The position numbers were made by a program, and so were the translations under genes. Shown here piece by piece: positions 25,491 through 33,863 of a stretch of 35,092 nucleotides of DNA; position 1 is the first letter of the stretch, and each line of letters opens with the position of its first letter. Source of the stretch: a virus (lineage: Duplodnaviria; Caudoviricetes); the IMG/VR virus record IMGVR_UViG_3300011338_000225, positions 1 through 35,092 of that record. One strand, given 5' to 3'. The notes beneath the pieces were generated by a model. The model was not told the DNA's origin. It did not search any database and was given only the letters and a program-made list of their open reading frames with translations.

Positions 25491-27734
25491 TCACACGTCG
25501 TATTTCACCGCGTCCGACTGCCAGAAGTAGGGCGCATAGAAGTTGACGCGACCCGTATCCCGCATCGTCTGCTTCGCCCTCTGCCACGCCTTACGCTGCG
25601 CCTCACCCGAATCCGTGACGCTGATCTGGATGAAGTAGTTGCGCCACATCTCCTCCCTCACGCACCGCGTCCCGTCCGGTATTGGCCCGACGCCAGACAC
25701 GACGACCGACCCCTCCTTCATGGCCATGCTGAAGCTCATCTCGGCCTCGCTCTGCACGCGGCTCGACCGATTGCGGGACTGCCTGCCTGAAGATGCAGCC
25801 CCATCGCTCGGCGCATCAATCGGCTCGATGACGAGAGACGTGATCGTCGTATCGGTCGGTGATACGTAGCGCACCGCCATGCTGTAGTGGTGCTCGACAC
25901 CGTCCTCGCCGTCCTTCTGCTTCGTCGTAGTGATCTTGCCCGTGCGCTTCTCATCATCCTTTTCCGACGTCCGCACGCACTCCAGCTCCGCGTCCACGGC
26001 CCCGAGCAGAGCGGACGAGCCACGCATGCCCTTCGTGTCGTCCTTGCCTGCGTGGTGGACGACCATGACGGCGCAGCCTATGCGGCGCTGCATCTCCCCG
26101 ATCACGCTGATGAAGGCACCCATATCGGTCGCAGAGTTCTCCTCGCCATTGCCGAAGTTACGCGCCAGCGTGTCGAGGATGATCAGCGACGGCCTGACGT
26201 TCTTCGCCTCAAGTGATTCGGTCAGCGTATCGAGGTCCGCGAGAGACGATCTCAGGTTCAGCGGCTGGCGCAGGAAGTAGAACTCTGCCTGCTGCGGTAT
26301 CTCGTACTTCTGCATCAGCGCCACGGTGCGCTTGTAGATGCCGCCCTGACCCTCGGCTGCCACGTATAGCACCCCGCCCCTCGTCGTCTCCTTGCCGAAC
26401 ACCGTCCCGCCCGACGCGATCTGGCTGGCGATGTACATGGCTACGAATGACTTGTAGCTGCCGGGCCTGCCGAACAGCGCCACGAACCCGCTCGCCGGTA
26501 TCAGGTCGCGCACCAGCCACTGCACCGGCTCCTCACGTAGATCACTGAAGTGCACGATGTCGAACAGCTTGCGCTCCGACGTAATCTGTGCATCTGCCGC
26601 CGGTTCCTTATTCGTTTCCGCTTCGGGCTTTGCCTGTTCCACCTGCGTAATGCTAGATGCCGCAGCACGACTGGCGAGCTGCTCCGTGATCGTCGGCTCA
26701 CGCGGCACGATCGATCGGTATGCCTGCGAGTTATCCCCAGAATAATTTAGCGTCGCCAGAAGCGAGAACGGATCGCTCACCCTTCCCGACAGCGGATCGG
26801 CCGCACCGTGGTGCGAGTAGACGCACCAGTCGCCACGGCTGCCCTGAAACACGACGACACCGGCGACACCCGTCTCTGATCCCGGACGGCAATATCGAAA
26901 CACGCCCCTGCGCTTGTCGAAGTGTGAGAAGCGATAGCCTGCCCTTGAAAGCTGATCGCGCACCCAGTCGATGCCGTGCGTCGAGTTGAAGTCCGAGATC
27001 ACGGACGCCGTCGCGGGTGGGTGTGACGTGCTGATACCGCTGTTCGATATCACCGTCTCCTCGACGATGTCGTTCTGCTTCCTCGCCCACGCCCAGCGCG
27101 ACGCGTCAGCGATATCGAGTATCTCGCCCTCGATGTGCTCGCGGTGAACGAAGCGGCTGCGCTCCTCCTCGGTCGCGACACGCGGCAGGAACCACGGCTG
27201 GCTCCAGCGGTAGTTCTCCGAGACGTCGGCGATCCAGACGCCGCGCTCATGGAGCCGCGCTATGAGGTACTCGACGCCATCCTTGAGTGCGTCGGCGTCG
27301 GTAACGCGGCACGGTATCACGACGCGATACTTCCAGAACGACACGACGCCGTCCTCACCGCGATTGCTGTGGCTTGTGTGGATGATGTGCGCGATACCCA
27401 TCTCGCGCAGCGCCTCATGTGTGGCGTAGATCGACGGAGCGCCGGGCGATATCTCTCCCGTCTCGGGATCGAACGAGCTGTCGCCGTCGAGGATGATCAG
27501 CTCCGCGGTCTTGAGGTTCTCGTCCGAGCGCTTCGTGATGCTCAGATCGCCACCGCGTATCATGTACGCGCCGTCCTTCGGCCCGACACGCACTTGGCTC
27601 AAGCGCTCCGAGAGCTGCCGCAGCGAGTACGTCTTCGGCGTCAGGATGACGTCCTTGTAGCCCCCAGCCGCGAACGCGAGCTGCATGGTGTAGGTATCGA
27701 CTTTGGAATTCTCTTGCATTACTGTCTCACTCAT
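25491..27734 (-). CDS. Primase-helicase (AEP-like N-terminus, AAA_25/RepA-type helicase)
   Basis: IILDGD and HTSHS in N-terminal part; Walker A GRPGSYKS, Walker B LIILDTLAR, VVHHAGKD...RGSSALLGAVD; GGAGG RBS. Confidence 0.88.
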   Translation of the reverse strand: MSETVMQENSKVDTYTMQLAFAAGGYKDVILTPKTYSLRQLSERLSQVRVGPKDGAYMIRGGDLSITKRSDENLKTAELIILDGDSSFDPETGEISPGAPSIYATHEALREMGIAHIIHTSHSNRGEDGVVSFWKYRVVIPCRVTDADALKDGVEYLIARLHERGVWIADVSENYRWSQPWFLPRVATEEERSRFVHREHIEGEILDIADASRWAWARKQNDIVEETVISNSGISTSHPPATASVISDFNSTHGIDWVRDQLSRAGYRFSHFDKRRGVFRYCRPGSETGVAGVVVFQGSRGDWCVYSHHGAADPLSGRVSDPFSLLATLNYSGDNSQAYRSIVPREPTITEQLASRAAASSITQVEQAKPEAETNKEPAADAQITSERKLFDIVHFSDLREEPVQWLVRDLIPASGFVALFGRPGSYKSFVAMYIASQIASGGTVFGKETTRGGVLYVAAEGQGGIYKRTVALMQKYEIPQQAEFYFLRQPLNLRSSLADLDTLTESLEAKNVRPSLIILDTLARNFGNGEENSATDMGAFISVIGEMQRRIGCAVMVVHHAGKDDTKGMRGSSALLGAVDAELECVRTSEKDDEKRTGKITTTKQKDGEDGVEHHYSMAVRYVSPTDTTITSLVIEPIDAPSDGAASSGRQSRNRSSRVQSEAEMSFSMAMKEGSVVVSGVGPIPDGTRCVREEMWRNYFIQISVTDSGEAQRKAWQRAKQTMRDTGRVNFYAPYFWQSDAVKYDV

Positions 27735-27818
27735 CGGTGGCCTCCCGCTTCCGGTTTCCTCCCAGACTTGACCGCCGGAACGAGTTTAAGGCGTACCGGC
27801 GGTCTTTTTGTGTGTCGC

Positions 27819-28424
27819 TTAGAACTCTGGCGCAGCACCGCCACCGAGAGACGCGATAGGACGCGCCGCTGGCTCAGGCGATGCCGCAGAAGCAGCCGGT
27901 GCCTCCGCAACTCCCGCACGCGGCACCCAGTTAGCAATCTGCGCGAGCGTAATGTCAAACGAGACAGACGTGCCTTGCCCGACCTTTACGATACGCACGG
28001 CGTCGATGCGGACGAGCGGGATAGCACGCTTGGCAGCCTCCGTACCACCGGCGACATCGCTAACCTTCTTGCTGATCTCCTGAACGAGCTGCGTGAAGGC
28101 GCGTGAGTTGCCGCGAGACGTGCGCAGCTTGGCATCGCCAAACGCCGGATCGTTGCACCAGATGTCGATGTCGACGGCTGGCTTGTGGTCTGCGCTCGGC
28201 GGGTTGCCCCAGCCGCCACCTTCCGGCAAGTCCTGCCAGTCAGCCCCAGCCGTGCCGACCGCGAGCCAACCCTGCTTGGCGTTAACAATGTCGAAGCCGA
28301 GTGCCTTGCCCTTCAGGTCTACCGGAACCTTGTCGCCCTCCGGTGACGAGATGAACATCAGCCCCGTGCGTGCGTCGAGACGCGCCCACGGACGACCTGA
28401 ACTGCTCTGTGGAAATTGTATCAT
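27819..28424 (-). CDS. Putative ssDNA-binding protein
   Basis: Beta-rich core, Ala/Pro linker ending PEF, AGGAG RBS, located between RuvC-like and primase-helicase genes. Confidence 0.55.
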   Translation of the reverse strand: MIQFPQSSSGRPWARLDARTGLMFISSPEGDKVPVDLKGKALGFDIVNAKQGWLAVGTAGADWQDLPEGGGWGNPPSADHKPAVDIDIWCNDPAFGDAKLRTSRGNSRAFTQLVQEISKKVSDVAGGTEAAKRAIPLVRIDAVRIVKVGQGTSVSFDITLAQIANWVPRAGVAEAPAASAASPEPAARPIASLGGGAAPEF

Positions 28425-28500
28425 CGTGTTTCTCCTGTCGTGTTGTGATACCGCAGTCCCGCTGCGGTGCCGGTCGCGGCATATCCCTGCCGCGAGAGGG

Positions 28501-28977
28501 TTAACGTGTCGCCCCGTACCAAGCGATCAGCGCGGCATCTGACCGCCCGTCGTCCTTCTTGCGAGCGAAAAGCTGTGCATAACCCGGGAATAATTCGATA
28601 GCCCTCATGCGCGATCCGTCCTTGCCCTGCCGGACACTTGCCGCCTTCTGCCAAGCCTGCGGCGTGACGTAGCTGACGGGCCACTCTAGCGCGGCCATGA
28701 TGCCCTCGATGGTGCCGACGTTGCGACCGAAGGCAAACATCGACGAGACGCCCTGTCCCGGCATCGCGCCGACCTTCTCGAGGAACACAGCCGTGATCTT
28801 GAAGTTGGCGTCGAGGTCGCTGAAGATACCCGCCAGCAGCGGTGCGTTCAGCTCGCGCTTCATCGTCTTACCGCGCATGACTTCCATGACGGGCATATCC
28901 ATCACGGACAGGTGGCCTGTCTCCACGTTGAACGCTGCGATGGCTCCCGACGCGCCGGGGTCAATCCCGATGATCAT
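28501..28977 (-). CDS. ruvC: RuvC-like Holliday junction resolvase
   Basis: IIGIDPG.SGAIA, LEKVGAMPGQGVSSMFAFG, P..W, DDGRSDAALIA. Confidence 0.9.
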   Translation of the reverse strand: MIIGIDPGASGAIAAFNVETGHLSVMDMPVMEVMRGKTMKRELNAPLLAGIFSDLDANFKITAVFLEKVGAMPGQGVSSMFAFGRNVGTIEGIMAALEWPVSYVTPQAWQKAASVRQGKDGSRMRAIELFPGYAQLFARKKDDGRSDAALIAWYGATR

Positions 28978-29231
28978 GCCGCAGCACCAATCTCGCGGTC
29001 AGTAATCTCGTCACCGAACACGTCGCGCAGGACGCTGACTTGCAGCGTAAAGTTGAGCACCTCGCACAGCGCGATGGCCGTACCCAGCGTGATGCCCTCG
29101 GGCTTCTTCGTAATATGCCAGAACGTGCCGTGAGCCAGCCCCGCCTTCAGCGATAGGTCGCGCTTGGACAGGCCGCGCTCGATGCGCCGCTCATCCATCA
29201 TCCTCACCATAAGGTGTATCGTGTCAGTCAT
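28974..29231 (-). CDS. XRE-family HTH protein
   Basis: RRIERGLSKRDLSLKAGLAHGTFW...ITLGTAIALCEVL; GGGAG RBS. Confidence 0.82.
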   Translation of the reverse strand: MTDTIHLMVRMMDERRIERGLSKRDLSLKAGLAHGTFWHITKKPEGITLGTAIALCEVLNFTLQVSVLRDVFGDEITDREIGAAA

Positions 29232-29286
29232 TGTTGTCTCCCTCACGTATATCTGTCCGATTTATGCGATGCTGTCCAGATCGCGG

Positions 29287-30081
29287 TCAGCCCATCTCCA
29301 CAGGCATCGCGTACCTTGGCACAGCGATCTCGACGATGTCCGGCGAGTAACCCTTCCACGCCGTCGCGTTCTTCGCGATCCGGTAAGCGCGTCCGGCCTG
29401 CGACATCATCTCAGCGCCACCGGCAATACTCGCCGCGTCGAGCACGTACACGCCGACCGCAAACGGTGCCTCCGTCTCTACTGCGAGGAACACGAAGCGC
29501 TCTGCCATGAAGCCCGATGCGATACTGTAGCCATCCAAGTAGTGCGCCGCCTGCAAGTGGTATTGGAACGTCGCGACGCTCTTGGCGAACCCGTCGGGCG
29601 ATGCGTCCTTCGTTGTCTTGAGGTCGATGATCGAGGATCCGTTGAGCGCGTCTGCTCTGGCTTTACACGGCACGCCATGCTGATCCCAGAATATCGACGC
29701 CTCGAACTTCGCGCCCTTCAGCAGCTCGCTGTAGCGGTGGTGAGAGCGGACGGAATCACCGACGCGCTGCGCCTTCTGGAACAGGTCCATGTCGACGACG
29801 GTCTTGCCGCCTGCGGTCGCGTCGAACTTCTCAGCCGCAGCCTTCCCGGCAGACGTGCGCTTGTCGAATTTAGGTGCCGCGATGTAGAGAGCGTCGACCG
29901 TGTCAGGCTCGAGCACGAGCGAGTGGACGAGCGACCCGAATGCCATGGCCGGTGTCGGATCGCGCTGGTGCTCCTTCATCGCAAGGTAGTGCGCGGGTGA
30001 CTTCAGCAGCACCTTCGCGCCGCTGGCTGAGAGCGCGTCGATGGCGTGGTAGTCTGGCGCGGGTAGGTCATAGGTGATCAT
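29287..30081 (-). CDS. RecE/exonuclease VIII-like PD-(D/E)xK nuclease (DUF3799-type)
   Basis: YHA..ALSASG.K.LLKSPAHY, FGSLVH..VLEP, CKARAD, IIDLKTT, YHLQAAHY. Confidence 0.9.
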   Translation of the reverse strand: MITYDLPAPDYHAIDALSASGAKVLLKSPAHYLAMKEHQRDPTPAMAFGSLVHSLVLEPDTVDALYIAAPKFDKRTSAGKAAAEKFDATAGGKTVVDMDLFQKAQRVGDSVRSHHRYSELLKGAKFEASIFWDQHGVPCKARADALNGSSIIDLKTTKDASPDGFAKSVATFQYHLQAAHYLDGYSIASGFMAERFVFLAVETEAPFAVGVYVLDAASIAGGAEMMSQAGRAYRIAKNATAWKGYSPDIVEIAVPRYAMPVEMG

Positions 30082-30187
30082 TGTCGTTCCTCATTATTGA
30101 TTGGACCATAATTGCGAGAGATGTCGCGATGCACGCGGCTGACGCTATCAGCATCACGGACACGAACCAGTCGGGGTCGAGCATCAT
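30068..30187 (-). CDS. Small membrane peptide (39 aa), absent from ORF track
   Basis: MMLDPDWFVSVMLIASAACIATSLAIMVQSIMRNDNDHL; fills the gap between neighbouring genes. Confidence 0.5.
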   Translation of the reverse strand: MMLDPDWFVSVMLIASAACIATSLAIMVQSIMRNDNDHL

Positions 30188-30190
30188 CGC

Positions 30191-30655
30191 TCAGTTCCCG
30201 TCCAACTTATCACCACGATCATCAAGACGTGGCATCCCATCGTAAAGGGTTTCCTTCACCCCCTCGCTATACCCCATTGTATATCCGGTATCGTATCCAT
30301 TTTTGAAGGCGGATTTTAGTTCCGCGCTCAATTCAGCCCGAAGCTGATTGTTTTCTTCAATCAGTGAAGCCAAGTTCGGGTTATAGCGGCGACCCATTCC
30401 AAAAAGTCGTTTGTAATCTGACCGTACTCGCTCAATCTCGTCAGCCCATAATTTGCGCCACATAATTACATCTTCTGGCCCTACCAAGTCGGCCGATCCG
30501 GGTGCGTCCTCACCTCCGGCAACGGCTAGTTTCAAGTTGTAAATTTCATCCCGCAACCGCTTAATTTCATCTATAGCATCTGCTACATCTATTGATACAT
30601 CAACACATCTTTCGCCGCCCCAATGGCTCGTCAATCGTTCAACAATATCCATCAC
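30191..30655 (-). CDS. Hypothetical protein, MDIVERL/DEIxRLR family
   Basis: Shared N-terminus and motif with neighbours; AAGGAG RBS. Confidence 0.75.
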   Translation of the reverse strand: MMDIVERLTSHWGGERCVDVSIDVADAIDEIKRLRDEIYNLKLAVAGGEDAPGSADLVGPEDVIMWRKLWADEIERVRSDYKRLFGMGRRYNPNLASLIEENNQLRAELSAELKSAFKNGYDTGYTMGYSEGVKETLYDGMPRLDDRGDKLDGN

Positions 30656-30900
30656 TCTTTCTCCTTTAGTGCGATCAGTGTTTCTGGTTTTAGGTAATGC
30701 ATATCAGCGCGGCTTATGTAGCCTGACATGTCAAATAATGCTTCCCGCAACTGCTCGATCTCAATAATTAGTTTATTGCACTCCGCTGATGTGGTGTCCC
30801 ATGCAAATCTCAAATGCTCAATCTTGGCAGCGGCTTCATGTGCAATATAGTCGAATGGCGGTTCGTTATACTCCCGCAACCGTTCAACGATGTCTGTCAT
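30652..30900 (-). CDS. Hypothetical protein, MDIVERL/DEIxRLR family
   Basis: MTDIVERLRE...IEHLR...EIEQLRE...ALKEKE; ATGA coupling. Confidence 0.75.
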   Translation of the reverse strand: MTDIVERLREYNEPPFDYIAHEAAAKIEHLRFAWDTTSAECNKLIIEIEQLREALFDMSGYISRADMHYLKPETLIALKEKE

Positions 30901-31109
30901 AGCGGCACCATCCCGCATCGCCCGTAGGTCTTGCTGATCTCTCTCTTCCAATGGTTCCCAAAGGTGCTTTCCTTTAGCGGGACAGGTGACTTATACTCAT
31001 GCCACCGCCATGCCATGCAATCCGCACCAACGCAGCAATATTGGCTGTTGATACAAATTTTTTCTTTCGCCTCTTCCGACGTCACATAATTCGGGTCTCT
31101 TTCAGCCAT
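30897..31109 (-). CDS. Small Cys-rich protein
   Basis: KIC.....CCVGADCMAWRW...GRCG; AAGGAG RBS. Confidence 0.75.
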   Translation of the reverse strand: MAERDPNYVTSEEAKEKICINSQYCCVGADCMAWRWHEYKSPVPLKESTFGNHWKREISKTYGRCGMVPL

Positions 31110-31230
31110 TTTTTTTCTCCTTGACTAAAGGCACGCCAGACTTGCTGAAGCGCATAGGCTTTGGCGCAGATACTATTGGGTCGCGTTGCGGCACTCTCTC
31201 CCTTAAATCAAACTGCGAGTATGCCATCAT
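31102..31230 (-). CDS. Small hypothetical protein (42 aa), absent from ORF track
   Basis: AAGGAG RBS, MMAYSQFDLRERVPQRDP..., overlaps both neighbours. Confidence 0.5.
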   Translation of the reverse strand: MMAYSQFDLRERVPQRDPIVSAPKPMRFSKSGVPLVKEKKNG

Positions 31231-31463
31231 TCTTTCTCCTTTAGTGCCTTGCCAACCGTTCTTGCAATTTCTTCGCGCACCTTCCGATCAGGGCTGTTCA
31301 CATCTTCACAGGCTCCCATTACGGTCGAGAGAATTTTCCTCAACCGCTTGATCTCGTCGGCGGCTTTATCTAATATGCCACCCAACTCAAGACGCGCTTC
31401 TCTCTTGTATTGCCGCTCTTCCTCGTATGGGTCTTTTCTTAAGTCATCAACGATATCCATCAC
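31227..31463 (-). CDS. Hypothetical protein, MDIVERL/DEIxRLR family
   Basis: MDIVDDLR...AADEIKRLR...ALKEKE. Confidence 0.75.
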   Translation of the reverse strand: MMDIVDDLRKDPYEEERQYKREARLELGGILDKAADEIKRLRKILSTVMGACEDVNSPDRKVREEIARTVGKALKEKE

Positions 31464-31646
31464 TCAGCCCCACCAAAATAAAAGAAACCACACCAAGAAC
31501 ATGATCAACGGGAACATCATCACCGTCATTGTCTTCTTGTTTATGTCGTAGTCCTTGTAGGTGAAGTAAAACGGGCAAGCAGCCATCCAGATAATCCCAA
31601 GCGCCACTAGCTTTAGTTTCAACACATCGACTGGTATATCCATCAC
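31464..31646 (-). CDS. Small two-helix membrane protein
   Basis: GGAGG RBS, two hydrophobic segments. Confidence 0.65.
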   Translation of the reverse strand: MMDIPVDVLKLKLVALGIIWMAACPFYFTYKDYDINKKTMTVMMFPLIMFLVWFLLFWWG

Positions 31647-31930
31647 TCATCCTCCAATGCGTCTTGTGCAATTTTCTGTGCCTCCGAAATAGGTAAGGTA
31701 CCAAAATCAGGGTCTATTTCTATACTGGCAATTCGATGCAACCCTCTCCTTAGCCGATTAATCTTTTCTAAAAACTCCCTCATCAACTGGGATGCCATTC
31801 TCTTATCTTCCCGCAATCGCTCAATCTCGTCGGCGGTCCTATCATCCAAATCAGCATCGCCGTAAGCGTCGGGGCCAAAATCTTGCAAATTTTTTGCTCG
31901 TTCACGCAACAATTCAACAATATCCATCAC
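31643..31930 (-). CDS. Hypothetical protein, MDIVERL/DEIxRLR family
   Basis: MDIVELLR...TADEIERLR...ALEDE. Confidence 0.75.
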   Translation of the reverse strand: MMDIVELLRERAKNLQDFGPDAYGDADLDDRTADEIERLREDKRMASQLMREFLEKINRLRRGLHRIASIEIDPDFGTLPISEAQKIAQDALEDE

Positions 31931-32118
31931 TCATCCCCTCCCGTGTAACCCACAATCGCATCCACAGCGTCTGACCGCAGTGTGTGCATACTTACGCTCC
32001 CGCGCACTGTGTACGCCCTCCAGCGGCCTCGGCTGGCGCTCCACTTGAACCACCCCGCGAGAGCGCGGTCCTCCATCACGATGAACACGTCATCGCCATC
32101 TTTGCGCACCTCTATCAT
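31927..32118 (-). CDS. Hypothetical protein (63 aa)
   Basis: GGGGAG RBS, ATGA coupling at 32115-32118. Confidence 0.65.
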   Translation of the reverse strand: MIEVRKDGDDVFIVMEDRALAGWFKWSASRGRWRAYTVRGSVSMHTLRSDAVDAIVGYTGGDE

Positions 32119-32402
32119 GTATCGCTCCCCCGCTCTGCCATCTCGTCTGCGCGAGCCTCGATGCTTGCCCTCGCCGCCTCCCACATCGCCCTTATGATCG
32201 GGTGCTCAGACTTACTCATCGCGGCATCCTTCGTGATGACGAAGCCCCCGTCGAATATTACGGCTTCGAGATACCAAGGGTTCTCGTCATGCGGGTGGTT
32301 GAAGCGGACGTGCGCCTCGCCATCTTGCATGATGATGCCGCTCCACTTTCCGTTCCCGTTAATCGGGACGTCGTCTATCGGAATGATTGCCGAGAATATC
32401 AT
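32115..32402 (-). CDS. Hypothetical protein
   Basis: 95 aa, GGAG RBS, coupled on both sides. Confidence 0.7.
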   Translation of the reverse strand: MIFSAIIPIDDVPINGNGKWSGIIMQDGEAHVRFNHPHDENPWYLEAVIFDGGFVITKDAAMSKSEHPIIRAMWEAARASIEARADEMAERGSDT

Positions 32403-32779
32403 TTACGTTCTCCATTCACTGGCGCGAGCGTCTTCGCGATCTCGCGGATGTTTTCGTCTATGTCTGCCGCGACATTGTCGAGGCGTATCTTCAGCGCTTC
32501 CTGTGGCACTGCGTCGTCTACGTACTCGTCGGCAAACGCCGTGTACGCTATCAGGTCCACGAAGCTGTCGTGCTTCCGCTCATTCGAGATGCGCGATAGC
32601 TTGACGGACATCATCACGATGGCGACGTCATAGGGCGAGACCGTTCTGCCGAGCAAGGTGCTCGCGAACAGTGAGGCGCGTTTGAACGACGGCCTTGGGT
32701 CTCCGTACTCGGTCGCCCGTTGGGTGATGGTGGCCAGTGTCTCCTCCAGAGTAGCTCGGTGATTTTTTCGGTTGGTCAA
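32399..32779 (-). CDS. DUF6378-like protein
   Basis: R..EYGDP..SF.R...DVA..M..VKLSR......DSFVDLIAY; TTG start at 32779 with GGAG RBS. Confidence 0.8.
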   Translation of the reverse strand: MTNRKNHRATLEETLATITQRATEYGDPRPSFKRASLFASTLLGRTVSPYDVAIVMMSVKLSRISNERKHDSFVDLIAYTAFADEYVDDAVPQEALKIRLDNVAADIDENIREIAKTLAPVNGERK

Positions 32780-33257
32780 GGGTAACTCCAATTCTCTTTG
32801 CGTGTTGCTGACAGCCGTGCATGACTGTCGTGTGGTCTCGGCCGAACTTGGCCGCGATTTGTGGGTAGCTCAACTTCAACTCAAGGCGGATTGCATACCA
32901 GACATGCTGCCGCGCAGAGACGAGCCTGTAGCTGCGATCCGGTGAAACCAACTCGCGCCACGACACCTGACGCTTGTCGATGATGTCGTTCGTAATAGCG
33001 ATCCAGTCTCGCTTGCGAAGAGCGAGCTGCTGCTTCGTGATCGCGATCTGCTCCTCCCACTGGCGCTTCACTCTCTCGATCTGTTCCCGCGTGATGTGCT
33101 TGTTGCGCTCGGCCAACTCGGCCGCAGCGATAACTTCAGCCTCGGCCTTGGCCTTGGCCTGCGCAACCATCTCCATGGCGTGCCGCCTCGCGGCCTCATC
33201 CATGCGCTGCCGGATACTCTTATAGTGTCCCGCGAGCTGATCCCTTACCACGCTCAC
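32628..33257 (-). CDS. Protein with DnaA C-terminal (domain IV) HTH
   Basis: LVSARQHVWY...LSYPQIAAKFGRDHTTVMHG after a coiled coil. Confidence 0.85.
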   Translation of the reverse strand: MSVVRDQLAGHYKSIRQRMDEAARRHAMEMVAQAKAKAEAEVIAAAELAERNKHITREQIERVKRQWEEQIAITKQQLALRKRDWIAITNDIIDKRQVSWRELVSPDRSYRLVSARQHVWYAIRLELKLSYPQIAAKFGRDHTTVMHGCQQHAKRIGVTLDQPKKSPSYSGGDTGHHHPTGDRVRRPKAVVQTRLTVREHLARQNGLAL

Positions 33258-33656
33258 CGGATCACCTTCACGCAGTAGAATGGTGCGCTTGAGTGTTCCT
33301 GAGACTTGAAGCGAGCCGTGAACACGTCCCCCTCGACGTATCCCTTCTCATGCAGCTCGTTGACGATATGTGGTGGCAGGAACACGCTCTCGCCTGTGTT
33401 AGTCTCAGCGTACCCGTAGACTGAAGCAGACGACGGCATCATCATGCGCGTGATGACGATGACCTCCTCCGTTAAAGACGATACCTTGCGGATCGCGAAG
33501 TCGATGATCTTTTCAAGCGTGCTGCGCTGTGGCCGCGTGCTCATGTTAAGCCAGTTGTCGACGGACTGCTCCGATACGTTTAACTCTGTCGCGTGCTACG
33601 ACCGATCCCGCCTTTCGGTATGCGTGGAACACGGCCTCTAGTGGTGAATTGTTCAT
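33254..33656 (-). pseudogene. Cro-like HTH plus OB-fold-like protein interrupted by a frameshift near 33593
   Basis: GGGAG RBS and ATG 33656 give MNNSPLEAVFHAYRKAGSVVA; the +1 frame continues ATELNVSEQSVDNWLNMSTRPQRSTLEKI into ORF 33254-33544. Confidence 0.7.
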
Positions 33657-33699
33657 TTCGTTCTCCCGTTTGTTGATCGGTCAAACCGACCGTGCCCAA

Positions 33700-33728
33700 T
33701 GTGTATTCGTCTTTTTAAGAAGACACAA
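33700..33728 (-). promoter_or_regulatory. Candidate early promoter with palindromic operator
   Basis: TTGTGT-17 nt-TACACA with AT-rich upstream tract; GTCTTTTTAAGAAGAC near-palindrome at 33709-33724. Confidence 0.5.
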
Positions 33729-33768
33729 TAGGTAAAATGCACAAAACGCAAAAATAATTTCGCGCACG

Positions 33769-33804
33769 AAAAAGCCCCACCGGGCGGGAGGCACCGGTGG
33801 GGCT
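33769..33804 (-). terminator. Rho-independent terminator ending the virion operon
   Basis: GCCCCACCGG/CCGGTGGGGC 10-bp stem followed by TTTTT on minus strand. Confidence 0.85.
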
Positions 33805-33863
33805 GACGGAGACATCTCTCAACGCCGCTCGCCTGATCAACGAGTGGCGGGATAGTAGCAGAG

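Noticed and set aside
28430-28500. tRNA gene
   Set aside because: Two hairpins only; no cloverleaf, T-loop consensus or CCA
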